Below, in pieces: positions 23,860-35,150 of a stretch of 64,000 nucleotides of DNA. Numbering within the stretch: position 1 is the first letter of the stretch; each line of letters starts with the position of its first letter. The stretch is taken from IMG/VR virus record IMGVR_UViG_3300023179_000009, positions 310,001 to 374,000 of that record; one strand, given 5' to 3'. Under the pieces are notes generated by a model. That model made no database searches. It had not been told where the DNA came from and worked only from the letters and a program-made list of their open reading frames with translations. A program made the translations under genes and the position numbers.

Positions 23860-24148
23860 TGCCCGATAGCTTAACTGGTAGAGCAAGGGATTTAACACAA
23901 AAAACTAGGATGCTTAAAAGGAAACTTTCAAAGTAGAACTGCTCAAATTCGGTGAACGGCCTGTTTCGCAAGAAACGACCCAATGCCGAGCCAAGCCGGG
24001 AAACCGGAAGGTGTAGAGACTTGACGGGCAGCACCTAAAACCACAAGGTAATGGTGAAGGCAAAGTCCAGACTACAAACCGAAAGGGTAGTGAAAACTAT
24101 AGTAGTATGTGGTTCCCTGGGTTGCAGGTTCGACTCCTGCTCGGGCAT
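23860..24148 (+). tRNA. trnQ: tRNA-Gln(UUG) split by a group I intron (exons 23860-23893 and 24110-24148)
   Basis: U1-A72 acceptor TGCCCGA/TCGGGCA; joined loop AGGGA-TTTTGGT-TCCCT; T arm GCAGG-TTCGACT-CCTGC. Confidence 0.8.
23894..24109 (+). ncRNA. ORF-less group I intron (216 nt)
   Basis: P AAATTCGGTGAA (23945), Q AATGCCGAG (23982), R GGTGTAGAGACT (24010), S AAGGCAAAGTCC (24057), terminal G. Confidence 0.88.
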
Positions 24149-24254
24149 TTTTAATTTAACTTTTATTTTTAGACCAATATCCTCTAGGTGGCTTGCTAAT
24201 CTCATAAAATTTGGCAAACATTAATTAATATGTAAAATAAATAATGACCTGTAA

Positions 24255-24335
24255 ACCAGAGTGGCGGAATGGTAAACGCAGTTGACTGTTAATCAACCGT
24301 CGAAAGACCTGTAGGTTCGAGTCCTACCTCTGGTG
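24255..24335 (+). tRNA. trnN: tRNA-Asn(GUU) with long variable arm
   Basis: ACCAGAG/CTCTGGT+G, GTTGA-CTGTTAA-TCAAC, variable CGTCGAAAGACCT, GTAGG-TTCGAGT-CCTAC. Confidence 0.85.
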
Positions 24336-24368
24336 TTAGTTGATACCAACTAAGGACACAGTTTTATT

Positions 24369-24441
24369 GGGCCTTTAGCTCAATTGGCAGAGCAAGGAGC
24401 TTTTAACTCTTAGGTTCGGGGTTCGAGTCCCCGAGGGCCCA
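24369..24441 (+). tRNA. trnK: tRNA-Lys(UUU)
   Basis: GGGCCTT/AGGGCCC, loop CTTTTAA, CGGGG-TTCGAGT-CCCCG. Confidence 0.93.
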
Positions 24442-24475
24442 CTGTCGGTTTTTCTTATCTTCTAAGAGAATCTAT

Positions 24476-27400
24476 ATGCAAATTTCAAATGATTGGTTTG
24501 CTAACGAGCGTGGTAATACTTGGTTGATGGACGATGACGGCAATCATGTGATTTGGGTCAACGTCAGCGATAAAATCAGGATGGAAATTACAATTTGTCC
24601 GCAGGATTATCCTGGTCTAAATATTTGCATCCTGAACGAGCAAGAGTCTACTGATGAGCATCTTGCAAAGCGTATTCATGGTCATTGTGTCGGATGGTAT
24701 GCCCGGAAATGTAACATTCAGGGCGTTGTTGTCGATAGTGATGACACGATTGCTGATACCTCTGAAACTGTTGATACTAACTAAGGTCGTACTTGCTACC
24801 GGCTGTTTAGACGGACATGTGCCGTCTCGAAGAAGCATAGGGTAGCCCCGATGCCGGATAGGGGCCACCCATTTTTTCTGAGGATTAAATATGAATCGCT
24901 ACAATATCGACACAGAAAACGACGACCTAATCCAGATTGATATAGATGGTAGTTGGACGGTTGAAAAAGGCGAAACAGCGATGTTTTGTATCGTCAGGAT
25001 GGAGTATCCTAGTACCAAACAATGCACTATTGGTGTAACCCACAAGGATTTAGTGCAAATTAGAGACACCATTAATCGTATTTTGGGTGATACTAACTAG
25101 CGAATCGAAAGGAGACCGTTGTGAAAAGTTCAACCCTTCCGATTTATAAAACGTGGCTTGCTGCTGCTACTCCTGAGCAGATTGATTTTGTCGATCAGGT
25201 TTATGCGATTTGCGAAGAGCATTACGAACACGGCGGAGATCGTGTTGTCGAATGTTTCGATCCTGATTTCGTTCTAGAAACATTCGAGAATATTAACGAT
25301 GTCCAGGAATTCTGTGGTCTGGCTGTAGAACAGGAACTGAATTGCCGTTGGGGCGAGGACGATGATCCTGAGCTTCAACGACACGAAGACTTTAAAAATA
25401 GCGGCAACTGGTAACCAAATAACTGCAAGGAGAAATAAAATGGGATGGATTGCTAGCGTTCCGAATTCATTTGGAAGTGGTTTTATTGAGTGTCTCGAAC
25501 AGATTGTCGAAGATAATGGGATTCTTTTACGAGAAAGTTTTAGAAAAATTCTTGCAAAAACCGCTACTGATTGGGGTCATATTGCAGGAAGTTTAAATGG
25601 AGGAAATGAATCCTACTACAATCTGTATAGGATGGGTTCAAAGATAGATGAGATAACTGAGCGGTGCCGCAATCCAGTCTTTCGCCAAGGCGATAAAGGA
25701 GTTAGGCCAGACATTGATTGGGAAAGAATTCTTAAAGATGTGAAGTGGGTTTCCGATATTGTTTTATTTGAGTTGCAGAACAACGTTGTTGCTGTTGACC
25801 CCTTTAATCGTTATGTAGAAATGGTGGATTCCCCTCATATTCCTGAGTGGAGAAGAACCAGAGAATATGTTAAATATAAGTCTTTTTCAAACGACGATTG
25901 TGCCTGATACCAACTATAGCGTCAGTTCGATTCACCCCCACACAAGGAGACTCGTATGAGCGACGACATTTGTGAGTTCATGGGCGAAGGCTATGGCGAG
26001 GCCCAGTTGGCGATTCGTGCGGCCCGTGAGGTCGAGCAGACGCTGGAACGTCTGGGAGGCGATCAGGAACTCCACTACATGGAGTATTGGCACGGTAGTG
26101 ATGATCGGTACGACGACAACTCCTACGATGCTGGGAGCCGGTGGTGCGAAACCACGCTTCGGGAAATCCTCGAAGACATGGTGATTTACCAGAAGGAGAT
26201 TCTGGTAAAGACTCCGCCGACTGATCGTTACCCCAATGGTAATTTTTATTACCAGCGGCGGGACGCTGTTCTCGACATGAGCGAGATCAACTGGCTCGGT
26301 GATGTTTCGTCCATGTTCTGCGATATGCGTGAAGGCGACGGCGGTGGCGTGTATTGCCTCTGCACCGCTGCTGAAGCCAAGGCCAAGCAGTTGGAAGACC
26401 GCCGGAAGGATTTGGAGCAAACCGCTGCCGACTTCGCCCGTCAGTGTGGTTACAAGGTGGGAACGAGGGAATATGTCCTCGCCGCCTACGAAGCTCTGGA
26501 GGATGTTCGATACGAGCGTGATCGCTGGAACGACGGCGAGACTCGTATGGAGCAGTGGGCGGCGTGCCAGTTCGCCGGGGTTGGATCGAGTGTGTATTAC
26601 GACGATCTCAACTTCGAGAATGGTCGTTATGCGGCCCGGACGGACAAGTTGCGGGATGTGTTGGATTGGTTGGAGGAGGTTTGTCCGCTCTTGATGCGGC
26701 AAATGGAGCTTCAGGTTTCGAAAAATCAGGATTATGATGAGTGATCCTGAAGTTTATCACAGTAAGTGCAAAGCACTTACTGTGATAAACTAATACCAAC
26801 TAAGATCCCGAACCCAAAAACTGGAGAAAACCATGTATCGTTTTCGTGATAATGTTTCTGGTGTCACTCATGTCAGCATCGAAAGTGTCAACAAACACTT
26901 GCACAAGATAGGTCTTGTACAAACTGTGAGGGGCTATACCTATAACAGCAAGCACGGACCTGACACTGCTGTTCTCATCAAGGGCGACAAGGGTACTATG
27001 CGACTCATGGGCCTGAGTTGGGGATATGGTGGAGAAGGACCGAGGGGATTGCACTACGTGTTGACGAAGATTGGTGTTGAGAAAAACGAAATAGATCGTG
27101 TTTTGAAAACAAGTTGGGATGATTGCGACAAGATTGGCACCAAGTGGATTGTTGATATGGATTATCCCATAATTGGTCTTTCTTAGTGTTGTTGTTGATT
27201 TGTTTATGATACCAACTAGGGTGGTGTTGGATGTGTTGTCCATCATTGTCCCAGTAAAGAAGGAGACTCGTAATGAGTAAGAATGAAGAGACGGTCGAGA
27301 AGGTCGAGAAGGTCGAGAAGGTTGCGAAGCGTGGTCGGGTTCGGATCGACGATGTGCAGTTCGTCGATGTGTGGCTGAAGCACTACAAGGCGGGTGGCAC

Positions 27401-28309
27401 GCTCCATGACGTTGCAGCCGAACTCGGTTGCAGTTATGGCGGCGCTGCCCAGAAGGCCAAGGTTCTTCAGGAGGATGACGGCGTGGAACTGCCGGAACTG
27501 ACGAAGAAGGTTCGTCGCCGGTCGGTCGATGCCGCTGCCCTGAACGACCGGATCAAGAAGGCTCTGGCCAAGTAGTTTCTGGTAGCCGGGGGAGCGTAAA
27601 AACTCCCCCGGCTACGCTTTTTTTATGAATCGAAATCTTGTTTTAGGCACTTACTACTTCAATAAAGTCGATTCTAACGATTTGCGTGTTATTGTATACG
27701 CTCTTGACGCAATCATCGGTGATAAAACAACTCCAGATAATCTCGAATCAAATGCCGTAGTGTTGAAGGATTATATTCAATCGCTTTTGCTTCACCGAAA
27801 AGAATCTGGCGATACCAACTAGGTAAACAAAGGAGTATCTCATGACCACTAAAAACATTGAAAAACCTACTCTAAAAATCATTGGTACCGATGGCAATGC
27901 TTTTGCCATCCTTGGCAAGGCTCGTCGTGTTGCAATCCAGCATAACCTCGATTGGAATGCTATTCAGGCCGAGGCCACATCCGGCGACTATAATCATCTC
28001 CTCGCCACCATGACCAAATATTTTGACGTTGAGTGATACCAACTAAAGCATCAGTTCCTCTACCTTATGGAGATTCACATGAGCAAGATTCGTCTCGCTT
28101 CCGCCCCGATGATTCATACTCCCGGTGTGATCGCATGGGCAAAAAATGGCTACCAGTTTCCTCGTGATCGTAAAAATATGGTCAAGATCATCACAGAAAG
28201 TTTTGGTCTGACCCCTGAATGTGCTCACGATTTGCTTTCTGGTCGTGTCGAGTACAAGGTCAACGACGATAGCGTTGAGTTTGAGTATGACGGTTTGGCT
28301 ATTGCTTGA
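24476..28309 (+). other. Array cargo hypothetical CDS (24476-24784, 24891-25100, 25121-25414, ~25440-25907, 25956-26744, 26833-27186, 27273-27575, 27625-27822, 27842-28036, 28067-28309)
   Basis: Roughly one ORF per motif interval, each with an RBS; 27273-27575 looks like a small HTH protein. Confidence 0.75.
27582..27624 (+). terminator. Intrinsic terminator
   Basis: GTAGCCGGGGGAG-N8-CTCCCCCGGCTAC followed by GCTTTTTTT. Confidence 0.75.
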
Positions 28310-28350
28310 TACCAACTAGGTTGTTGTTCTCTTTTACACAAAGGATTTAT

Positions 28351-28758
28351 ATGTCTAACGAAAAGAATGTTATGAGTCGTGATAAGGTTTTCGCCACACT
28401 CAAGGGCATGAATGTTGCCAAGGTTGAAGTGTTCTACAGTGGTGGAAACGATGAGGGTGGAGTGAATCAGATCGACCTTTTTGATGCTGATGGTAAGAAG
28501 ATTCGTTCGATGGAAGAGTATTACGGCGGCAGTAGCGTTTGGGATGAAGCAACCAAGGGTTGGAAGCAGGCCGAGGCTCCTACAGACGAACAGCGTCTTT
28601 CACAGGCGCTTTGCATCCCGGTGTATGACAAGTACGGTAGTTTTGCCGGTGATTTTTACGTCGATGGAACTATCACATGGGACGTTGAGAATCGCAAGGT
28701 GCGAGATCACGGAACAGAGCAGGTTAGTCACGACGAGAGTTTCGACGACGATCTTTGA
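28351..28758 (+). CDS. DUF6878-like hypothetical protein
   Basis: VEVFYSGGNDEGGV...F.G.ITWDV pattern. Confidence 0.4.
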   Translation: MSNEKNVMSRDKVFATLKGMNVAKVEVFYSGGNDEGGVNQIDLFDADGKKIRSMEEYYGGSSVWDEATKGWKQAEAPTDEQRLSQALCIPVYDKYGSFAGDFYVDGTITWDVENRKVRDHGTEQVSHDESFDDDL

Positions 28759-28824
28759 TATTGTTTGATACCAACTAGGGGGAGTGTGAACAACACTCCC
28801 CCTAGTTCCTTTTAGGAGAAGACC

Positions 28825-30850
28825 ATGAACCGTTCCAAGTTTACTGTTACTCGCCAACACCGTTGGAGCGATGGTTTGAAGATTGTCGAAGTTTCGCAGG
28901 GCGGCGTTGACTATGCCAATCCTGATGCTCTCTGCAAGAAATGGCAGGGAGAGTTTGACGAATACACCGGCATGACTGCTGCTGTCGAGGCTGCAATCGG
29001 TATCGCCAAGGCTTGGCAGGAAACGACCACCGATCAAATCTTTATCGGTGTCGGTTTTACCCATGGTATGACGATGGAGTTTGATGCTCTCACCCTGAAT
29101 GATGAAACTTTCGATATGCTTCTCGAAAAGGCTGAGAAGTTTGACGCTGATTTGCCCCGGTGTGAGCATTGTGGCGACATTCTGACCGGCGAAAACTACG
29201 GTCACGAGTTTTCGGATGGATACTGCTTCTGCTCCGAGAACTGTGCCGAGAACGCTTATCACGAAATGTTGCAGGAAGAGGTCTAATACCAACTAGGGGG
29301 GAGTAGGACATCTACTCCCCCCTTATCGGAGACAAATATGATTTTTCATTTATTCAACGGCGCTAAAACTAAAGAGGCTTGGAATCCCGAGAGCCCAGAG
29401 TTTATTGACGATTGGAAGCCGGAAGAACACACGATCAAATGCGATGCTGTCCAGGTCACCTACTGCGATCATGTCAAAGTTATTGCCGGTGACGATCTGA
29501 TCGAGTTTCACTGGGACAAAGACGGTTTCATTGAACACAATGGTGTTTTCTACGGCGATTTCATTGTAGACGTTGATACCAACTAGAAAATCAAAGGAGA
29601 CGCCATGAACATCAAAACCTGTCGGTACGTTGAAGCAACAGAGATTTTCAAAGGATTCGGACTTGCTTGGGACGTTTTTATCAACAGTGATCCTGCCTGC
29701 ACATGGGGCGATAATAACCGCTCTATGGTAACTGCTGACGTTATTATCAACGCTCTGGAACAAAGCGATTTGAACGTCGGTAATGAAGCAAAGCAGGTGG
29801 AGCAAGTTGTCAAAATCCTCGATACTCTTGAGCCTGATGTCTACGTTGATCTGGAGAACTAATACCAACTAGGTGGCTGTGTCATCCCTTACCCAAAAGG
29901 AAAATATCATGGACTACCAGACTGCATCTAACGAGTTGAATCGTGGCCGGAATGGTCGCCGCAAGGTAGACAACAATACCTATCTGTATCCCGTGAATGA
30001 TGGTATCGCCGTGCGACTTCACGCTACCGATGTGGTTGTTATTCACCCGGACAATACCTACACGCTCAATACGGGCGGGTGGCGTACCGTCACGACTAAG
30101 GATCGTATCAACAAGTTTTCACCCGCTCGTGTTTTTTCAAACAAGGGCATTTGGTACGCCGGTGAATATCCTTTTGTCGATGGCATCAAGGTTGACGCTA
30201 ATGGCATCGCCATCAACGCCGATAAGGAATCTAATAAAATCCAAAGATATAAGAACCGTCTCGATAAGATGGTTCGGGAATATATCAACGGATTTGCCCA
30301 TGACGCTTTTGAAAATGGTTTGCAGCAACCTAATAGCGGCGATTGCTGGGGTTGTCACTTTACCACTGATGGTAAGGATGATCCTATGGGAGTCGATCAT
30401 CTTTTGAGCCACTTCGAGGAAAAGTATTACGTTCCTTCGCTCCTATGGAAAGCGATCAACTCTCGTGGTTACTCGAATCCAGGTTTGATTTGGAGTTTGA
30501 TCCAGACCGACGTTGAAAAGGGGAACTTTCGCCTTTTGAATGACGTTTTGCGAGCCTATTTTCGCAAGAAAAAGCCTGCCTTGCTTGATATGATGATGAT
30601 GGTTGCCTAATACTAACTAGGGGGATGTGAGCGATCACATCCCCCTAGTTTCTTTTCTAAGGAGCACATCATGGCTGCGATTTTCGTTGATACTTTCGAG
30701 GAGCGTGTTGCCAACATCTTTGCCGGTCTGATGGTTGAGGATTTGGTTGGAGCAGAACCGAAGATTGTAAAGATGCTTATTGCTGCCAAGTATTTGATGA
30801 TCGTTGAAACCGAAGATGGCAAGCAAGTTGCACATTACAATACCAACTAG
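28825..30850 (+). other. Array cargo CDS (28825-29286, 29338-29586, 29605-29862, 29909-30610, 30671-30850)
   Basis: 29909-30610 has LNTGGW.TVTTKDRIN, related to GWSTNTTKSRLN in 41280-41603. Confidence 0.75.
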
Positions 30851-30873
30851 GCTCATACCCGAAAGGAAAACAA

Positions 30874-31245
30874 ATGGCAACTGCATATCATCACAGTTTA
30901 TCTAGTGTGAAAAAGTGGGGCGGCGAAGTCAAAGATTATCTCGCCATCCATGAATGGTTTGACGCCAGCAAGGCTTTACACGGCGATTTTCGTCACCGTG
31001 CCTTGCGGCATCATGCCGAGGGAATCCAAATGGCAATCCTACTGTTTGGACACCCGGACGATCATACAATAACTGTAAGCACGGGACGCAAAGTTCCTGT
31101 GACATGGATAGGCGAACAGCACGTTATTGAGGATTGTGGATTCATCCCCACGTTCGGGGATTGGGCAATCCAGATTCAGCCCCAACCGTGGATGAATCAA
31201 CCTGTCAAGTTGAGCAAGATTCTTGAAAAGGAGAAAGTTGCATGA
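30874..31245 (+). CDS. DUF6915-like protein
   Basis: YHHSLSSVKKWGG...YLAIHEWFDASK...DFRHRALRHHAEGI...IGEQHVIEDCG. Confidence 0.7.
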   Translation: MATAYHHSLSSVKKWGGEVKDYLAIHEWFDASKALHGDFRHRALRHHAEGIQMAILLFGHPDDHTITVSTGRKVPVTWIGEQHVIEDCGFIPTFGDWAIQIQPQPWMNQPVKLSKILEKEKVA

Positions 31246-33741
31246 CCATCGACGATGCTATCAAACAACTTGAAAGCGAAAAGCAAGGCGGCACCAAAAA
31301 CATCATTTTTGCATGGTGGGATGCGAGTTGTTTTGGTCGTAAAGATGATGATGATTGGGGTGCTGTTTGTGATATTGTTGAAGATAAAATGGATTGGTCT
31401 GACGCCCACGACCAAATAACTGATCTAATCAACCTATCCGAAAGTGATACCAACTAGACAACCGAAAGGAACCCTATATGAGCAAAGATGGTTGGATACT
31501 TTGGGATTACGGTCAAGGCAAACCTTTTTACGACGGTATTCCCACGGTATACGATACAGAGCGTGAGGCTCTGCTAGAGATTGCCGATTATGTTTCAACT
31601 CGCATCGACGAGTTTGTGAGTGGTGATCGAGAAGAACTGGACACCGAGTGTGATGCCGTCGCTGTCCCAGTCACAGTGCATCCAGACGGTTTTATTAGCG
31701 GCGAAGATTTTGAATGGTCACCTAATACCAACTAGAAGCACGAAAGGAGAAATCAATGGCTTTTACAGCAGTGGGTTTTAGTGCTGAACACGAAGGTTTC
31801 TGTGCTTCTCGTAGTGTTGCCACTGATGTTCCACAGTCTGTTGCCGATTATCTGAAAGTAGAGTTTGGTCTGTATTTCGACCAGATTCTTCTGATGAAGA
31901 ACGGTGATGATTCGCCTGAAGTGGTTCATCACTGGAGTATCGGTGAGGAATACGACGAGCAGTGATACCAACTAGGTGTGCATGAGTTCGATAACCTCTT
32001 ATGGAGAAAACCATGAGTGTCAATCTTGATCTGTTTCGTAGCACGAAGGGTCAGTATCTCCCGGCTGCTTGGCGTAAGCCGGTCAAGCCTGCGGCTGCTC
32101 ACAAGAGCCGGGAGTTGGTCAAGCGTACCAGCGGAATCTTTCGGGCTGGTATCGACTTTAGCCATCTCGGCATGATCGAGGAGGCGATTCGTGACGGTGA
32201 ACGTGGTGAAGTTGGCGAACTGCCGTGGGGCGAGTGGGAGAAAGATGGTTTTCCCTACTTTATTGCCCACAAGGGTAATCGGTACATTCGCCTGTATCCT
32301 CCGTATCGCCGGAACGACGAGGGCAAACTGGAGCCGTGTTGGGCTAATGCCCAACTGGTTGTTCAGTATTGGGTTGATGGAGTGGAAGTGGATCGTGACA
32401 CTTTCAAGTCTTTCTTGACTCCCAGCGATGCCAAGTCGATGGAAAATGACCCGCCTTGCATCACGGTCAACATCGACCACCTGGAAGTGCTTGGCGAGAC
32501 TGACCCGAATCGACCCCGGCGGCGTGCGGCTTGATACCAACTAGGGGGGTGTGAATAACACCCCCCTAGTTTCTTTTATGAAACTTGACATAAGAAAGGA
32601 CTTATATGTGTAAGTGTGCTTTTACAACTTGGGATCTTTTGGATTCTATCAACAAGCGTCGTGCAAAACTTGGCTTGGATGAAATGCCATATCAAAATAT
32701 GCTCATGTTTTACCGAGTAATCCAGCCATTTCTTCCTCCTGATACTATCATTGGACGTTCTTACATCTTTCGCAAGGGCAAGATGCGTCGTATCGTAGCG
32801 GCGCTGTATAAAAAGCCCTATCGAAAAGTTCCACGAGTTGATTGGTACTCTTGGAAGGTTGCCTGATACCAACTAGGGGGGTGTGAATAACACCCCCCTA
32901 GTGGAAACATATGCTACCTCTCGCCGTAGTAGATGGAGTAACAGCCCAGCCGTGTGTAAATAGCGGGTATTGTTGCAAACAACGCCCTTGCCCGTTTGGC
33001 GAAACTCTCCCCAACCAAACCGTTTGTAAACACTTGGAACCAATGAATAATGAAGGACACCCCCGGTACACTTGTGGCATCGCAGCGTTCATTATCACAC
33101 AGCCCGGTTGGGAAATGTCTCCAGCCTTTGGGGCGGGATGTAGCAGTACCATCGGCAACCGAGATCGACAGATTATCCTTAGAGAACTTCGCTCTCAAAA
33201 GCATGGTTGAAGGTTTGATATTTTTCATCATGAGCGGTGATTGTATCAAACTTGCAATGTATCGTGCCGAACACACTTGTATGCAAGCGGGTTTAGATCC
33301 CGAGGAGTTCATGCCGATTATTCAATCGGTCATGAATAACTTCCAGTCAACAACCAAGAAAAACCCGATGAGTTCCATGTTCTGATACCAACTAGAACAG
33401 AACTTTGGAACACAAAACTTGACACAACCGATATAAGGGATATAATCGGTTTTTATTGGAGAAATCAAATGAATGAATGGCCTTATGGTGATTACATCTA
33501 TAAAAGCAATCACCAGGATAAGTTCATAAAGAAGTTCCCCAAAAAGGTACGACCATATCTACATAAAGTTCTAATGTATTTGGAACTTGAATATGGCGTT
33601 CATGTAAAACTATTGAGTCCTGCCGCCATAGCCATGACCGATGGTGTTCCTTGGGGCGGCAAAACCGTTCCTGAATCGGCTCGTTTGATTATGGAAGGTT
33701 TATGGCAGCAAGGTTACCCCAGACCGGATTTTGAAGAATAA
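31242..33741 (+). other. Array cargo CDS (31242-31457, 31478-31735, 31756-31965, 32001-32534, 32606-32866, 32911-33210 Cys-rich, ~33202-33385, 33469-33741)
   Basis: Motif-delimited ORFs with RBS. Confidence 0.75.
33419..33446 (+). promoter_or_regulatory. Sigma70-type promoter with overlapping inverted repeat
   Basis: TTGACA-N16-TATAAT; AACCGAT...ATCGGTT flanks the -10. Confidence 0.6.
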
Positions 33742-33773
33742 ATACTAACTAGAGGACTGCTCAACTTTTAAAT

Positions 33774-33845
33774 GCCCCGTTCGTATAGAAGTTAGTATAT
33801 CGGGCTTTCATCCCGAAGACGCCGGAGCGTTACCGGCACGGGGTA
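33774..33845 (+). tRNA. trnE: tRNA-Glu(UUC) with non-canonical T loop
   Basis: GCCCCGT/ACGGGGT, TCGGG-CTTTCAT-CCCGA, T arm GCCGG-AGCGTTA-CCGGC. Confidence 0.8.
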
Positions 33846-33848
33846 CTT

Positions 33849-34454
33849 TTATACTTGATTGTGTTTGATTACTTTTTTGCAAAGTTCGAAAAACTCCTCT
33901 ACCAAAAGATCGCCTTTGGCTTGATTTGCTTCTCTGCAAGCAATTTGACAATTATTCAAAGAATCATCTCCCCCTCTAGACCTGGGGACAATGTGATCTA
34001 GGTGATAAGACCTGGGTTTATTTAAATTTATAGGTATTCCCGTCAAATAGCATACTGGGTTTTTTCCTATTTTTTCAAGTAAATCTTTTGATGAAAACAT
34101 AAATTCTCCATATGTTGTGTCTTTGTTTTGAAAAAAACGGGCCATTTTAATTCTCAATCTCTTAATTATTTTTTCATTATCAATTTTGTCTTGTTTTGAT
34201 AAGTTATAATGTTCATTTGTGGCTTTGTTTACAAGCGAGCAAAAACGATTTATTTTGAACTGTAGAGGATTTATCTTTCTTCTTTTGTTGTTGCGAGCAA
34301 GGCTTTTTTCTTTCTGGCCTGCCCCACAATGAAATGAAATAGTTCCCTTTGAACACCCCAAGACATTTTCGATATAATTGTAAGAATGACCTTGACTTCT
34401 TAGTTCGATTATTTTATTCTTAAATTCTCCATACATAACACTTGAACTCCCCAA
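33849..34454 (-). CDS. HNH endonuclease
   Basis: CYLTG...YHLDHIVPRSRGGDDSLNNCQIACREANQAKG; N-terminal HTH-like segment. Confidence 0.88.
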   Translation of the reverse strand: MGSSSVMYGEFKNKIIELRSQGHSYNYIENVLGCSKGTISFHCGAGQKEKSLARNNKRRKINPLQFKINRFCSLVNKATNEHYNLSKQDKIDNEKIIKRLRIKMARFFQNKDTTYGEFMFSSKDLLEKIGKNPVCYLTGIPINLNKPRSYHLDHIVPRSRGGDDSLNNCQIACREANQAKGDLLVEEFFELCKKVIKHNQV

Positions 34455-34532
34455 GCATATATAAGCCTGAGGAATTCAAAAAAAGTTGCCCGATACCAAC
34501 TAGAACACCAGTTCGGTACTCTGGAGTATGTC

Positions 34533-35123
34533 ATGCTTGTTATAGGTGATGTTCACGGTCATCATGCCGACTATCTCGACTTGATTGATAATGTCGAAAC
34601 TTCTGTGCAGGTCGGTGATTTTGGACTTAGTTGGGAAATACTAACTAAGGCTAATGTCGATCCAACAAAGCATCGTATCATTGGTGGCAATCATGATAAC
34701 TACTCTGTGGCTCATACCTTTCCTCATTATCTTGGGGATTTTGGCTTGGTCACTCACGGAGGAGTAACTTTCTTTTTCGTGAGAGGCGAGCGCAGCGTTG
34801 ACGCCCACCTGCGAACAGAAAACATTAGTTGGTGGCGTAACGAAGAACTTGACATGGCAACGGCATATAACGCTGTTGCGGCATATGAGGCATCTCAGCC
34901 TGATATTGTTATAAGTCACGGTTGTCCTGCGGATGTTCTTCCTTTTTTTGTAACCAATCCATCCAAGTATCATCCCAGCAGAACAGCACAGTTGCTCGAT
35001 GTGATGCTAGAGATTCATCGGCCACAGTTGTGGCTTTTTGGTCACCACCACACGAGTGAAATTCTTACAGATCGTGGCACAGTATTTCAGTGTCTCAACG
35101 AACTAGAAACTGTGAATATCTAA
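34533..35123 (+). CDS. Calcineurin-like metallophosphoesterase
   Basis: GDVHG, QVGDFG, GGNHD, SHG, FGHHH motifs. Confidence 0.9.
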   Translation: MLVIGDVHGHHADYLDLIDNVETSVQVGDFGLSWEILTKANVDPTKHRIIGGNHDNYSVAHTFPHYLGDFGLVTHGGVTFFFVRGERSVDAHLRTENISWWRNEELDMATAYNAVAAYEASQPDIVISHGCPADVLPFFVTNPSKYHPSRTAQLLDVMLEIHRPQLWLFGHHHTSEILTDRGTVFQCLNELETVNI

Positions 35124-35150
35124 TACCAACTAGGATATCAGGAGGACCAC

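Noticed and set aside
23860-24148. tRNA-His(GUG) reading of the split tRNA
   Set aside because: It would need the intron to end in T rather than the conserved terminal G; there is no G-1/C73, and U1-A72 fits Gln.
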